From: Sulfolobaceae archaeon
GTDB lineage: Archaea > Thermoproteota > Thermoprotei_A > Sulfolobales > Sulfolobaceae
NCBI GenBank assembly: GCA_038893355.1
Contig: JAWARQ010000009.1
Coordinates: 1-29,828 of the forward strand
DNA: 29,828 nt
Direction: 5' to 3'
A program made the position numbers and the translations under genes. Below the pieces are notes generated by a model. That model had not been told where the DNA came from. It worked only from the letters and a program-made list of their open reading frames with translations, and searched no databases. Positions 8,722 through 18,719 of the stretch are shown piece after piece; position 1 is the first letter of the stretch; each line of letters starts with the position of its first letter.

Positions 8722-9418
8722 AGAATTCTTTGATTTAGTTATAATGCAATTTAAAATGATAAAAATATATCTTCCAGCAATTATCTTTTATTCAGTATTT
8801 ATCCCTATAGGCTTACTATTAATATTTGGTGTAAACTCTCTACCAACAACGAGAGGTTATGCAATTGCCGGCACAATAACTACACTTATTGCAATGTCTG
8901 GAATTACTGGAGTTTCGCAGACGATTGCTTATGAGAGGAATATAGGAAGGTTTTCCCTATTATTATCCGCAGGAATAAGGCCTTGGCTTTATGCGATTTC
9001 AATAATAATTAGCTACGGGATATCTTCAATTATAACAATCCCCGTAGTTATAATTACCGGCGAGTATGTTTTTGGAATTAAAGTTCAATCACCTTACATG
9101 CTCCTCTATGCAATATTATCGTGTCTATTTACCAGTTCAATGATAGGTTTAGGACTGGGTTACTTTATAAAGAATATTCAAGCAATAAACCAGTTATCAC
9201 CAATAATAGCATTTACACTAATCTTCTTTGCACCAGTCTACTATTCCATAGACGCAATACCTAGTTTCTTAGTTCCACTAACATTCCTAGAACCAACAAC
9301 CTACATGTCTCAAGGAATATTTTATGCAATTCAAGGATCTACAATAAGCATATTATGGTCAACCGGCTGTTTAATATATGGAATAATAGTAATATCAATT
9401 ATGAAGTTGCTAGATTAA
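8714..9418 (+). CDS. ABC-2 type permease
   Basis: ~6 TM segments, APVYYS...P.TY motif, overlaps the ATPase stop. Confidence 0.88.
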   Translation: MIREFFDLVIMQFKMIKIYLPAIIFYSVFIPIGLLLIFGVNSLPTTRGYAIAGTITTLIAMSGITGVSQTIAYERNIGRFSLLLSAGIRPWLYAISIIISYGISSIITIPVVIITGEYVFGIKVQSPYMLLYAILSCLFTSSMIGLGLGYFIKNIQAINQLSPIIAFTLIFFAPVYYSIDAIPSFLVPLTFLEPTTYMSQGIFYAIQGSTISILWSTGCLIYGIIVISIMKLLD

Positions 9419-10482
9419 AAAATTCTTTTTATTAAAAATATTATGGTGAATATTATTATAAATAATAACAATAATATTATAAATAATATTTTATAATCAA
9501 ATTTAGTAATTATTGAGCTGGTTGTAATAAAGTCCTTTACACCATACCAGCTTAGAATCAGAGACTTTAGAGCATTAGCTAGATTAGGATCTTTTATTAT
9601 AACACCCAATTCCCTATTCTTAAATATCGAGGAGTAACTTAGGTTTATCGAACCAACATATACGTAGTCCCCTATTACTATTAGCTTTGCCGTTAAGTTT
9701 TCCTTAACTCTTATCCAATTAGTAACTAAATCAGAACGGTCTACTACAACATACTTATTATTGTGTAATAAGATATAACTTACTAGTTCCGAAGAGTTAT
9801 AAAGCTCCTCCATTGCAATATATACACTTGATTCATTTATTGACAGCAATCCCTTAAGTTGATAATAAGAATTTAAAGGTGATACTATTATCCCAGGATA
9901 ATTATAGGCAGGGAAATAACCACGATGATCATTTAGTATTATTGTCGCAAACCATGTCGCTATCGTTGAGTTCCTTATTACGATTGAAACTCCTAGATCC
10001 CTAAAGAATCCTGAATAAGTAGGATTTTGAGTGCTCACTATCACAGTCTGATTATCTATAACGTAAACTTTACTATGGACATATTTAAATTTAGTATCTA
10101 AGAAAGATACATTTACGCCGTTCCGTTTAAGATAGTCTGTAACATCATATTCAGAAGAGGGTATTTCGCCATAAACATCACGGGACAACACTACGAAAAC
10201 TTGAATACCATGTCTTGATTTGTTAGCAAGCAACTCTGCTAATGGGTAATAAGTCATGACATAGACCTCAATGTATATCGCTTTTTTAGCATTATTTAAA
10301 TAATCTAAAATTTTAGTTGAATTTAAAGGTGATACTAATATTTCATAATCCTTCGAAATAAGATACGAGAATTGTGAAGTTTCAGACTCACTTTTTAATT
10401 GTATAGTTATAACTAGATTTATTAATAATACAAAAATTAAAATAAAGCTTTTCTTTATCACGCGGATATTAAAGTATTTCAT
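9415..10482 (-). CDS. Phospholipase D-like protein, exported and membrane-anchored
   Basis: HSKVYVID (HKD1); degenerate TAKLIVIGD...GSIN (HKD2); hydrophobic N- and C-termini. Confidence 0.85.
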   Translation of the reverse strand: MKYFNIRVIKKSFILIFVLLINLVITIQLKSESETSQFSYLISKDYEILVSPLNSTKILDYLNNAKKAIYIEVYVMTYYPLAELLANKSRHGIQVFVVLSRDVYGEIPSSEYDVTDYLKRNGVNVSFLDTKFKYVHSKVYVIDNQTVIVSTQNPTYSGFFRDLGVSIVIRNSTIATWFATIILNDHRGYFPAYNYPGIIVSPLNSYYQLKGLLSINESSVYIAMEELYNSSELVSYILLHNNKYVVVDRSDLVTNWIRVKENLTAKLIVIGDYVYVGSINLSYSSIFKNRELGVIIKDPNLANALKSLILSWYGVKDFITTSSIITKFDYKILFIILLLLFIIIFTIIFLIKRIF

Positions 10483-10690
10483 TTAATAAACTTTAACTAT
10501 CCCTTACTCCGGTTATAGGTTATCTTTATTATGGCACGGCTAGAGTTCTGAGTTGATCTCTTTTTTCATATTTTTAATTATTATATCTATATATTCTTAA
10601 TTTAAGCTAGTTTATAGTTTTAGAAAACTGTAAATAAATATATCCAGATGATATTTATATCTGGAATGTGAGATATTAAATAGTGGGACT

Positions 10691-11206
10691 ATGGTAATTA
10701 ACATTACAGTTCCACTATTACAGAAGGTTAAGGAGAAGCTCATCAAGTTCTTTGGCTTTGACTTCCCGACTCCCGTAATCCTTAGGTCTAGTGAACCGTA
10801 TAGGGGTTATTATATGCACGGTGCTATTGTTATTGGTTCTTTTGAAGATGAGGAAGACGAAGAAAGGGTATTAATCCATGAAATGGCTCACTACGTTCAA
10901 GACATATATTGCAAACCCAAATTTCCGTGGTTTAAGGCACTTATTGAGATAGTCCCTCTTGCACTAGGATTTTTAAAGAGAGGGAAGTTGTTAGATTATT
11001 TAAGGTTTACTGAAGGGTTTGCAACCTGGGTAGAGGAAGAAATATTAGGGGAGAGAGGTAAACAATATTGGCTCTCATTACCGCGTTACTATAGGGTAGT
11101 ATATTATGAAGGAGCGCAGTTCTTTAGGAAAATGGGCAAAATCAACGCCATAAGATATGCATTAGAAGAAAGTGAATTTTGTAAAAAGAGAAAAAATATT
11201 AATTAA
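10691..11206 (+). CDS. Small zinc metallopeptidase-like protein (gluzincin-type)
   Basis: HEMAH followed by TEGFA. Confidence 0.7.
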   Translation: MVINITVPLLQKVKEKLIKFFGFDFPTPVILRSSEPYRGYYMHGAIVIGSFEDEEDEERVLIHEMAHYVQDIYCKPKFPWFKALIEIVPLALGFLKRGKLLDYLRFTEGFATWVEEEILGERGKQYWLSLPRYYRVVYYEGAQFFRKMGKINAIRYALEESEFCKKRKNIN

Positions 11207-11787
11207 TAGTTTGTCTTTTTATAGTTTATTAATTTATTAATATCTATTCTATACTCAAACAAAATAGCCCTAGTACTTCTGACAAAATTAATGGCAAGCT
11301 TTGCCATTTATGACGAGGTAAAAATTTTAATCTTATATAATTTGTGCCACAAAGTAAATGAAACATGTAAATTTGCTTATATTTTACAAATTTAATTTTA
11401 CTAATTAGAATTATTTTTGTAAAACTATTTTAAGAGAATTGTTTAGAACAGTAATGGTTAGCTCCATAGCCCAACTTAACGTTAAATTCCTTTACTCTAG
11501 ATAAGGTACTTCCATAAGTTCATCTAAACATTATACTTATATCACCTATTTTTAGAACTATAATACTTACTATCAAGAATTTTTAAATCGTTTGATATTC
11601 TAAATTCCAATGAAGAAAATATCTTTAGAGAGAACAAGTTTCCCTCTCTATCTATTATTAATACTCCCGACAATGTCAACGGGAGGAAATTGTACATATG
11701 AATTATGCACCGATTATTAGGAAAATATACGAGTTTCATGACTAAGGGCTAATTATTAGCTCTTAAATTATAAGCTTAAATTGTAGC

Positions 11788-13398
11788 TCAGCAATGATTA
11801 CTAATGAACTCTACAGTCTCTTTTATCGAATCAACATAATTTTCTATCTTTGCAAACCCGTGCCCCTCATCTTTATAGATCTTATATTTCACTTCTCTGT
11901 TTAACTTCTTTAGTTCGTTGACCACTTGCAATGTTTCTTCAACTGGGCATCTCGGGTCGTTTTCACCAGCTAGGAGTAATAATGGAGCTTTTATTCTATC
12001 AATGAAGAATATCGGCGACCTATCCCTCAATAAATTTTCATCACTGCCCACCTTTACTTCGTCATATTGCTGAAGTACTTCCCTCTCGAATTTCTTCTCA
12101 GTAAACCAATTTACGAATGGCACTACTGCAACTGCAGAACACCAGAGGTCTGGGAACTTTGTAATAGCCATCATCGTTAAATAACCGCCATAACTAGCAC
12201 CGGTTATTGCGACCTTCTTAACTCCCAAAACCTTTACGGAGTTTATAACGTCTAATAACTCCCCTCCTCCGGGGTCTTTGTCGTTTAAATGATTAAACTT
12301 TCTCCCATAACCTGTAGATCCTCTGTAGTTAGGACAAATTACCTTAAACCCTCTCTCTACGAAGAACTGAATTTCTGGATTAAACGAGTTTACGCATTCC
12401 CAGTCTGGACCGCCATGAATATAAACTATACCCTTGTCTTCATCACCTCTTTCATAAAGTAAGGCATAAATCTTAATTCCGCCAGAATCATAAGAAATAA
12501 CCTTAGGTTTTATAAAGTTGCCTCTAACATCATTCATTGAATTAGTTAGCCTCTCTACTTCTCTTCTATATCTGTATAGGTCTGCTGCCCTGTCATGCCT
12601 AGAGTTTATGAAATATAAGTAATCTCCATCAACTTTTAAAGAGTGAGTTAAGCCCTCACTAACAATCTCCCTCTCATGAATTAGCACAAAGTTACCATGT
12701 CTATCTTCGACATAAGCAATAGAACTATTATAAGGAATGGCCTCAAATATCTCATAGTCGCTCTCCCTTATTTTTCTTATCTCTCCCTTCATAATATCAA
12801 ATTCATAGACCTTATATAGATCCTCGTGATTTGATAAGAATATAAATGATGATGGTGAAGTGAAACAAGTCTCATTCGCAAGTATCTGTTCTGAGTTCGG
12901 TATGTTAATCACATGAAGCTCATTACCACTAAGGTCAATTACGTGAATATTATTATCGTAGATCCCAGTTGAGTAGATTATGTACTTACTATTAAAGCAA
13001 TAACCGTTTACCGGGCCTTCACCTCTACTTAACTTTATGTATTTTCCTTCGTTATAGAGATAAAGGTGTAACGTCCTTCTGTCATAATTTGAGATTATTA
13101 GTATTCCCTCTTTTGTTTCACGGGGAGAGAAATTGTCAAATTCGTTATCGATAATTTTCTCTATCTTCTCGTTATCGTAAAGGTAAACCTTTCTTATTTC
13201 ACTACCGTTAGGGTCTATAGTAATAAACATTTTATTCTTGCTTATCCAATACACTTCCTCAGCATACCCTTCAAGTTGTACTTTTTCTCCATTAACATAA
13301 ATGATAGGCTTTTCGTCCCTTATAATTGTTGCAATCTTTCCATTATATACGTCATAATCAAGTACTGGTTTTATCTTGAATAAATCTTCATATTTCAT
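11788..13398 (-). CDS. S9-family peptidase (acylaminoacyl peptidase-like)
   Basis: IHGGP, NYRGSTGYG, GASYGG, DPRC, EGHGF triad motifs. Confidence 0.93.
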   Translation of the reverse strand: MKYEDLFKIKPVLDYDVYNGKIATIIRDEKPIIYVNGEKVQLEGYAEEVYWISKNKMFITIDPNGSEIRKVYLYDNEKIEKIIDNEFDNFSPRETKEGILIISNYDRRTLHLYLYNEGKYIKLSRGEGPVNGYCFNSKYIIYSTGIYDNNIHVIDLSGNELHVINIPNSEQILANETCFTSPSSFIFLSNHEDLYKVYEFDIMKGEIRKIRESDYEIFEAIPYNSSIAYVEDRHGNFVLIHEREIVSEGLTHSLKVDGDYLYFINSRHDRAADLYRYRREVERLTNSMNDVRGNFIKPKVISYDSGGIKIYALLYERGDEDKGIVYIHGGPDWECVNSFNPEIQFFVERGFKVICPNYRGSTGYGRKFNHLNDKDPGGGELLDVINSVKVLGVKKVAITGASYGGYLTMMAITKFPDLWCSAVAVVPFVNWFTEKKFEREVLQQYDEVKVGSDENLLRDRSPIFFIDRIKAPLLLLAGENDPRCPVEETLQVVNELKKLNREVKYKIYKDEGHGFAKIENYVDSIKETVEFISNHC

Positions 13399-13679
13399 AA
13401 AAAATAAAAGGAAAGTTGAAATAAAAAGTTATTCAGGACGTTTACCCTATGCCGTGAACCGCTCCTGACCAACTTCATTATCACAGAAGATTAAGAGTCT
13501 TATATTTTAGAATATGAATGAATACTATTAAAATTTTTAGTAATTTATCCTATTAATTTTAGACAAACACAGTTTATGTCTCAGATCTTATTAGATCTTG
13601 CCTTTAGGATAGAAAGAAAGCTAAACTTCTGAACATTTCCTATAATTAACTATTTAGGCATGAATTCAATTAGCTCTTT

Positions 13680-15521
13680 ATGTTTTATAACAATAAGCTA
13701 CTGCTTACACTCTCTATAATAACCTTCTATACGTACTGGCTTTTAGAATTTTTAAACCTCCTCCCAGTATATCCTATCATACTACAGATATTAGGGATTA
13801 CCACAGTAGTTTCAGTATTATTATATTTCAAAAATTACCTTTTAAAATATCTTAGAATTAAGCCATTACTTATAGGGTTTGTACTCTACGTCGAATTCAC
13901 AGTACTATGGATGTATTTCAAACATTTATCATTCGAAACTTTTGCATTCGATTTAGGCATTTTCATGCAGGCATTATACACTACCTTATATAATCATTTA
14001 TTCTTCTTTGAATCCCCAGATTTATTTTATCTTAATTTGAAAGACCCTTTCCAATTATCCTTTTTCGATATACATTTTTCTCCAATATTATTCCTTTTAC
14101 TACCATTTTACGCTTCTTTCCCTTCAGAGCTCACATTATTTATTATCCAATCAGTAGTATCAGCCTTGCCAATATTCGTAATTTATGCGATTGCGAGAGA
14201 ATTCTACGACTATAAAAATAGTGTAACTATATCCTTATTCTATCTTATTAACCCTCTACTATACTATGCTAACTTCTATGATTTTCATTTAGAAGCATTT
14301 TTACCACTCCTTTTCTTACTATCGACTTATTTTTTCTTTAAAAATAAATTGAAAAAATTTTATATATCGTTAATATTAGCATTTAGTACTATTGAAGGTG
14401 CTCCAGTTCTATACCTATTTTATATACCCTATCTATTTTTGAAAAAGAGAGATCATGAGGTAAGGAAGAAGTTACTTTATTCTATCCCATTAGCAATATC
14501 TTTTTATGGATTAAATTTGCTAGTTAAGCATATTTTATCACATTCTACTCCGAATTTTCTCCCTTACAATCCAAGTTTAGATAAGCTTCACGTTATTCTA
14601 GAGGTAATAGGCCCCTTCTTTATTTATATTATACTATTCCTTCTCCCAGTCTCGTTAGCACCTATCTTTAGAATATTGCCCTCACTACCCGGTTTTGCAT
14701 GGTTATTTTATGGCTTATCTACACTTTATTACCCATACTATAGCGTTTACTTCCAATATAATTACTTAGTAATACCGTTCTTTTATGTTTCCTTTATAGA
14801 ATTTTATAAATTTTTTAATATTGAAAATTATATAAATAAAGTTTTTTCTATAATTTTATTATCAATTTTAACTCTTTTCGCGAGTCAACCGATTTTTATT
14901 CTTCCACCCTCAATGCTAGTCCCCAAAGTTCAACAATCTGATTTAGTTCTTAATAACATAATAAACTCTCTTCCCAGTTTAGGAGAGAGTTGTATATTAA
15001 CTATGAACGAGATATTTCCGCATGTAGCAAATAACAAATGCACATTCTTAACCTTCTTAAACATCTCGTTAAATCCAGATTATATCATCTTAAAGAATTT
15101 TGATAATATAAATAGTTTCTATATTATAAGTAATTATTCAAAGAATAAAAACTATAACATAGTAGCAATGTCGTTTCCAGATTTCATAATATTAGGGAAG
15201 TGGAATAATACCCCCATCTTTTATAAACCACTAAATGAGTTGTTATATTTGTATAGTAATAAAACTAATTATATCATTAACTACTTTATTATATTATTTC
15301 CTGAAAAGAAATATGAAATAAATGTATTAAATAATATTACTGGTAACATTACAATTTTCGACTACAACGGTAATGTAGTATTTAAATCAAGAATTACTAT
15401 TAATAACAAGACGTTTATAATAGAGCCTAAGGAGCTAGTAAATTTGAACAAGATAGTGATTGTCTCAAATGAACTAGTTTATCCTTATATCGAATTGAAT
15501 ATAAAAGAAATAAATAGTTAA
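13680..15521 (+). CDS. DUF2079-like polytopic membrane protein (probable GT-C glycosyltransferase)
   Basis: FDLGIFMQ, HFSPIL and YDFH motifs; many TM segments; Asn-rich C-terminal domain. Confidence 0.75.
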   Translation: MFYNNKLLLTLSIITFYTYWLLEFLNLLPVYPIILQILGITTVVSVLLYFKNYLLKYLRIKPLLIGFVLYVEFTVLWMYFKHLSFETFAFDLGIFMQALYTTLYNHLFFFESPDLFYLNLKDPFQLSFFDIHFSPILFLLLPFYASFPSELTLFIIQSVVSALPIFVIYAIAREFYDYKNSVTISLFYLINPLLYYANFYDFHLEAFLPLLFLLSTYFFFKNKLKKFYISLILAFSTIEGAPVLYLFYIPYLFLKKRDHEVRKKLLYSIPLAISFYGLNLLVKHILSHSTPNFLPYNPSLDKLHVILEVIGPFFIYIILFLLPVSLAPIFRILPSLPGFAWLFYGLSTLYYPYYSVYFQYNYLVIPFFYVSFIEFYKFFNIENYINKVFSIILLSILTLFASQPIFILPPSMLVPKVQQSDLVLNNIINSLPSLGESCILTMNEIFPHVANNKCTFLTFLNISLNPDYIILKNFDNINSFYIISNYSKNKNYNIVAMSFPDFIILGKWNNTPIFYKPLNELLYLYSNKTNYIINYFIILFPEKKYEINVLNNITGNITIFDYNGNVVFKSRITINNKTFIIEPKELVNLNKIVIVSNELVYPYIELNIKEINS

Positions 15522-15678
15522 TTTTTTAAAAAAAAACTATACTATCTATTTTATATAATTAGTAATAGCATCTCATAATATTTTGACAACCTCTTTATGC
15601 AAAACACAATAATTAATTCTGAGTAATACGGATCTAAATAGGATGTAGGAAGTTAATCCCTTGGACTCCACATCCTAA

Positions 15679-15727
15679 AGGCGTTATAAGCTCCGCCTCT
15701 AACAGACCTAAAGTTTACAACCGTAGG
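15679..15727. mobile_element. Mini insertion, family 2 (AGG-bounded, 46 bp added)
   Basis: Homologous to 25221-25266 and 27371-27419; removing it restores the tnpB end hairpin. Confidence 0.75.
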
Positions 15728-15886
15728 AGGATGAGGTTTCCATTACGACGAGTCATAGGTTTGGGTTTTATCACCTTCATCCTCACCATTTCATAGCTGG
15801 TAGGTGCAATAAGCACAAACCCTACCCCATTCGTCCAGCGGTAGACCACGGGCTGGGCCTTCAGCCCATTACCCCTATCCCTTGCT

Positions 15887-16154
15887 AGGGCTGAATCCTT
15901 TTTCGTGTTGATAGAAATCTTTTTATATATTAGTTTTTTAAATTTCTATGGTGGAAATGAACCCTCATGCCGATGTGGGCTATGCCCAAAAGGAGAGGGT
16001 GAGGGCTGGAGATGTGAGCCCCGTGCCGTTGGGCTCAAAGGAGTCCCATGACCCACTTGTCGTGAAGCTGGGTAGGTGGTTGAGGGCTAAATCCCTACAC
16101 CAGATCATGATTGAACATGAAATGATTGAAATGATAACGTAGGGACAAACGGTT
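15887..16154 (+). mobile_element. IS607-type MITE, copy A (left end + tnpB 3'/omega-RNA end)
   Basis: GGGCTGAATCC...TATA...ATGGTGGAAATG fused to a tnpB tail (HDP...WLRAKSL...MIEM*); ends GACAAAC-GG; homologous to 27268-27574. Confidence 0.75.
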
Positions 16155-16375
16155 GCCCTCTGCTCTTGGCTCCTAAGGAATAAAGGATATGCAGTTCAGT
16201 GCGGGGATACTTATTTTCACTATGAAAGTGGGCTTCCCTGCACTTCATTAGTAGTAAACGCTTCAGTTTATTATGCTAAAAGCTTGCTTAGCCTTTAAAA
16301 GCCAAGGTTCACCGTTCATTTCATCATTAAGTATATATCAACTTCCTTCTTTATAACTACTCAAATACAAATTTG

Positions 16376-16756
16376 TTAAATTACTATATTAAATGTAGTC
16401 TTAATCCATTCAAGAATTTTCATAGCAGAATTTAGACATTCCTCAGCGCTTCTTCTCGTGTAATGTGTAAACTGAGAATAACGGGATATAACATAATGGG
16501 GAGTTAAAAAATCGCACCTTAGCAGTATCTCATTAGGAGCGTTTATAGAAAGCTCATTTCTTATCTTTTCAGCTAATTCTCCGAGGTCGTTTGTAAAGGG
16601 ATATACACCTTTATATTTTACTAATATTCCTTTCAATGCAAACTCAACGCTCTGTTGGCTCGCAAAGCACGAAAACCAGTAATATCCATCCTCTAAGTGC
16701 TTCTTGGCAAGCTCAAGGAACTCCTTGCTCTTCTCGAACCAGAACTTTTCTACCAT
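16376..16756 (-). CDS. HEPN-domain protein (COG2250-like)
   Basis: SCFASQQSVEFALKG, T(N)DL, SRY; ATG at 16756. Confidence 0.88.
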   Translation of the reverse strand: MVEKFWFEKSKEFLELAKKHLEDGYYWFSCFASQQSVEFALKGILVKYKGVYPFTNDLGELAEKIRNELSINAPNEILLRCDFLTPHYVISRYSQFTHYTRRSAEECLNSAMKILEWIKTTFNIVI

Positions 16757-16810
16757 GTTGAAATATAAATTTCTAGTCAATGTTTTAAACTTCTAATAGA
16801 ATTAAACTCA

Positions 16811-17113
16811 ATGAGATTTGAAGATTTTGTGAAAAAGATCATAGAGCATTATAACGAAAGAGTTACAATAGCCTTATTCGGATCTAGGGCTAGAGACGAC
16901 TATTGGGAATCGAGCGATTATGACATAATGGTATTCTTAGAGAAAGTTGAAGACCAAATAGGTGAGGCTGTAAAGTTATACTCTATGAAGAGAGGATTTT
17001 CAGCAGACATTCTGGTCTTAAGTGCAGATAAGGTGAAAGATCCTATTATTATGAAAATGCTTGAGCATAAGAAGGTAATTTATGATGGACTCAATCTCTT
17101 TTCCAGTAGATAA
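16811..17113 (+). CDS. Minimal nucleotidyltransferase (MNT)
   Basis: LFGSRAR...SDYD...D. Confidence 0.9.
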   Translation: MRFEDFVKKIIEHYNERVTIALFGSRARDDYWESSDYDIMVFLEKVEDQIGEAVKLYSMKRGFSADILVLSADKVKDPIIMKMLEHKKVIYDGLNLFSSR

Positions 17114-17256
17114 AAACAAGTTTTTAGCTCATTACGACTATCCCTAATCTCGCATGTTAGAATTATGTGAAACTTCTAATTTAGTATCTTTAATAAACCT
17201 TATCTTATCCTTTACGGTGTAAAGAGTTATAGTTTAGTTATACTTTTCTTTTTTAT

Positions 17257-18300
17257 TTAATGAAGTAATTTTTCAAACTCCACTTCCCTTAAGATTGGGT
17301 CTGTAATAACATATTCACCATTTCTTTTTTCCACGAAACTGCTTTTTACTAAGTTTTCAAGAGCGTTACTAAATACTTTATCATCTATTTTCCCTAATGC
17401 GATTTCAACACCTCTTTTTATTTCCTTCCACCTAGACACTATCTTTATAGTCTTCATAATCTCGATGTATAACTCCTTATTTACCTTGTCACCAAGGAAG
17501 TGACGGAATTCTTCGGCCATGATCTTTTTACCTTCCTCCACAGTCTCTTTTAATGCTTCATTAAAGCTGAGTCCCCTAACAGCGTATAAATTACCGAAAA
17601 GAGTTAGCCATCCAACTACGCCATCAAGCTTTTTTACAACCTCGTCCTCTCTATTGAATTTTACATTTAACTCCTCCATTCCTTTTCTTAAGAATTCCTT
17701 TGCCCTCTCTTCATCAAAAGGTTTCAGAACTAAAACTGCTGGGGGCCTACCATGGAGTGGTGAATTTGAGGGCGGATTTAAAAGAGTCCTCATAACGCCA
17801 ATATAAGATCCCGTAAAAATGAACCTTATTTTAGGATTCGTAGAAAATACATTGCCTAAAACATCGAGAAACTGTTTACTGGCTTTAGAAAGTTCTTGTA
17901 CTTCATCTAAGGCCAAAATTGAATCATGAAGTGAATTTAAGAGTTCTATAAGCGAGTTAACGGTTTTTGCTCCTTTTTTTACTCTTATTCCAGCCGAACC
18001 GATAACGAAGTTTACTTTAACATCAACAGATAGTCTTAATAAGTTTATCTGGGAAAGGAGGGAGTTTAAAAGGCCGTTTAGACTCCTTACTCCTCGTAAA
18101 TTGATGTAAATCCCTTTAAACCTGTGTTTTTTCTTAAGCTCGTTTAAGACCACCTTCACTAAACTGGTCTTACCTATCTCTCTTTGCCCCCCTACTATAA
18201 GCCAGTTCCCAGAGAGTAGCTGCTTAACAGCGTAGTCGACTTCGTAATCTCTACCGAAAAGCTCTTTCCTATCCTCTTTGGGGTGAAGGTCAAAAAGCAA
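17257..18300 (-). CDS. Archaeal AAA-superfamily ATPase with C-terminal wHTH (COG1672-like)
   Basis: LFDLHPK...LFGR, GQREIGKT, LDEVQEL, FTGS, DP tail. Confidence 0.88.
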   Translation of the reverse strand: MLFDLHPKEDRKELFGRDYEVDYAVKQLLSGNWLIVGGQREIGKTSLVKVVLNELKKKHRFKGIYINLRGVRSLNGLLNSLLSQINLLRLSVDVKVNFVIGSAGIRVKKGAKTVNSLIELLNSLHDSILALDEVQELSKASKQFLDVLGNVFSTNPKIRFIFTGSYIGVMRTLLNPPSNSPLHGRPPAVLVLKPFDEERAKEFLRKGMEELNVKFNREDEVVKKLDGVVGWLTLFGNLYAVRGLSFNEALKETVEEGKKIMAEEFRHFLGDKVNKELYIEIMKTIKIVSRWKEIKRGVEIALGKIDDKVFSNALENLVKSSFVEKRNGEYVITDPILREVEFEKLLH

Positions 18301-18335
18301 CTGGTGTCACTACAGTTACTGGTGTAACACCAGTT
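18299..18335. promoter_or_regulatory. Tandem palindromic operator at the ATPase start
   Basis: Perfect ACTGGTGT-A-ACACCAGT (18318-18334) plus a degenerate copy AACTGGTGTCACTACAGTT (18299-18317). Confidence 0.65.
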
Positions 18336-18474
18336 AAAAATTTTGTTGATGAAGTAAGTATTAGTCTGGTGATAGTGTAACCACTCAGCTACAAAATATC
18401 TTTTTGCTTTATACCACTTTATAAGAAAATCATATTTTGCACTTCTACTCTACAATAAGAATTTTTAATACAAC

Positions 18475-18510
18475 AATTTATAGCTTAATAACGACACTAT
18501 CTCCAGACTG
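18475..18510 (+). repeat. Orphan IS1-family right end
   Basis: 33/36 identity to 402-437. Confidence 0.75.
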
Positions 18511-18719
18511 TTAAGGTTCGAAAACACCTTTTTAAGGTCGGATGAATAGTCCTCTTACGTTTAAGCAACTCTTTGTTGAAATACCTATTAATGCAAGTGA
18601 TTCTCCTCCCAGCTAGATGATACTGAGGGGAGGAGCAGTTATCATCTCTTAAGGGACTAGATGCTGTGGATGAAATTCAAATCCTCTTTTCATATGGGAT
18701 AGTTCTGGCGCTCTAGTTC

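Larger units (their letters stand above)
15663..16316 (-). mobile_element. tnpB: Internally deleted IS200/IS605 tnpB element carrying two nested insertions
   Basis: Left-end-type hairpin 16287-16306, long leader hairpin 16198-16244, TnpB tail ARDRGNGLKAQPVVYRWTNG...SYEMVRMK (15735-15886), and right-end hairpin CATCCT/AGGATG split by an insertion. Confidence 0.7.

Noticed and set aside
11542-11739. 65-aa minus-strand ORF
   Set aside because: No motifs; could be a decayed gene but cannot be supported.
15948-16142. 64-aa ORF as a functional protein
   Set aside because: Fusion of IS start codons and tnpB tail; the frame is not preserved in copy B.
18511-18715. Possible transposase debris here and at 27100-27265
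   Set aside because: Fragments too degenerate to assign a family.
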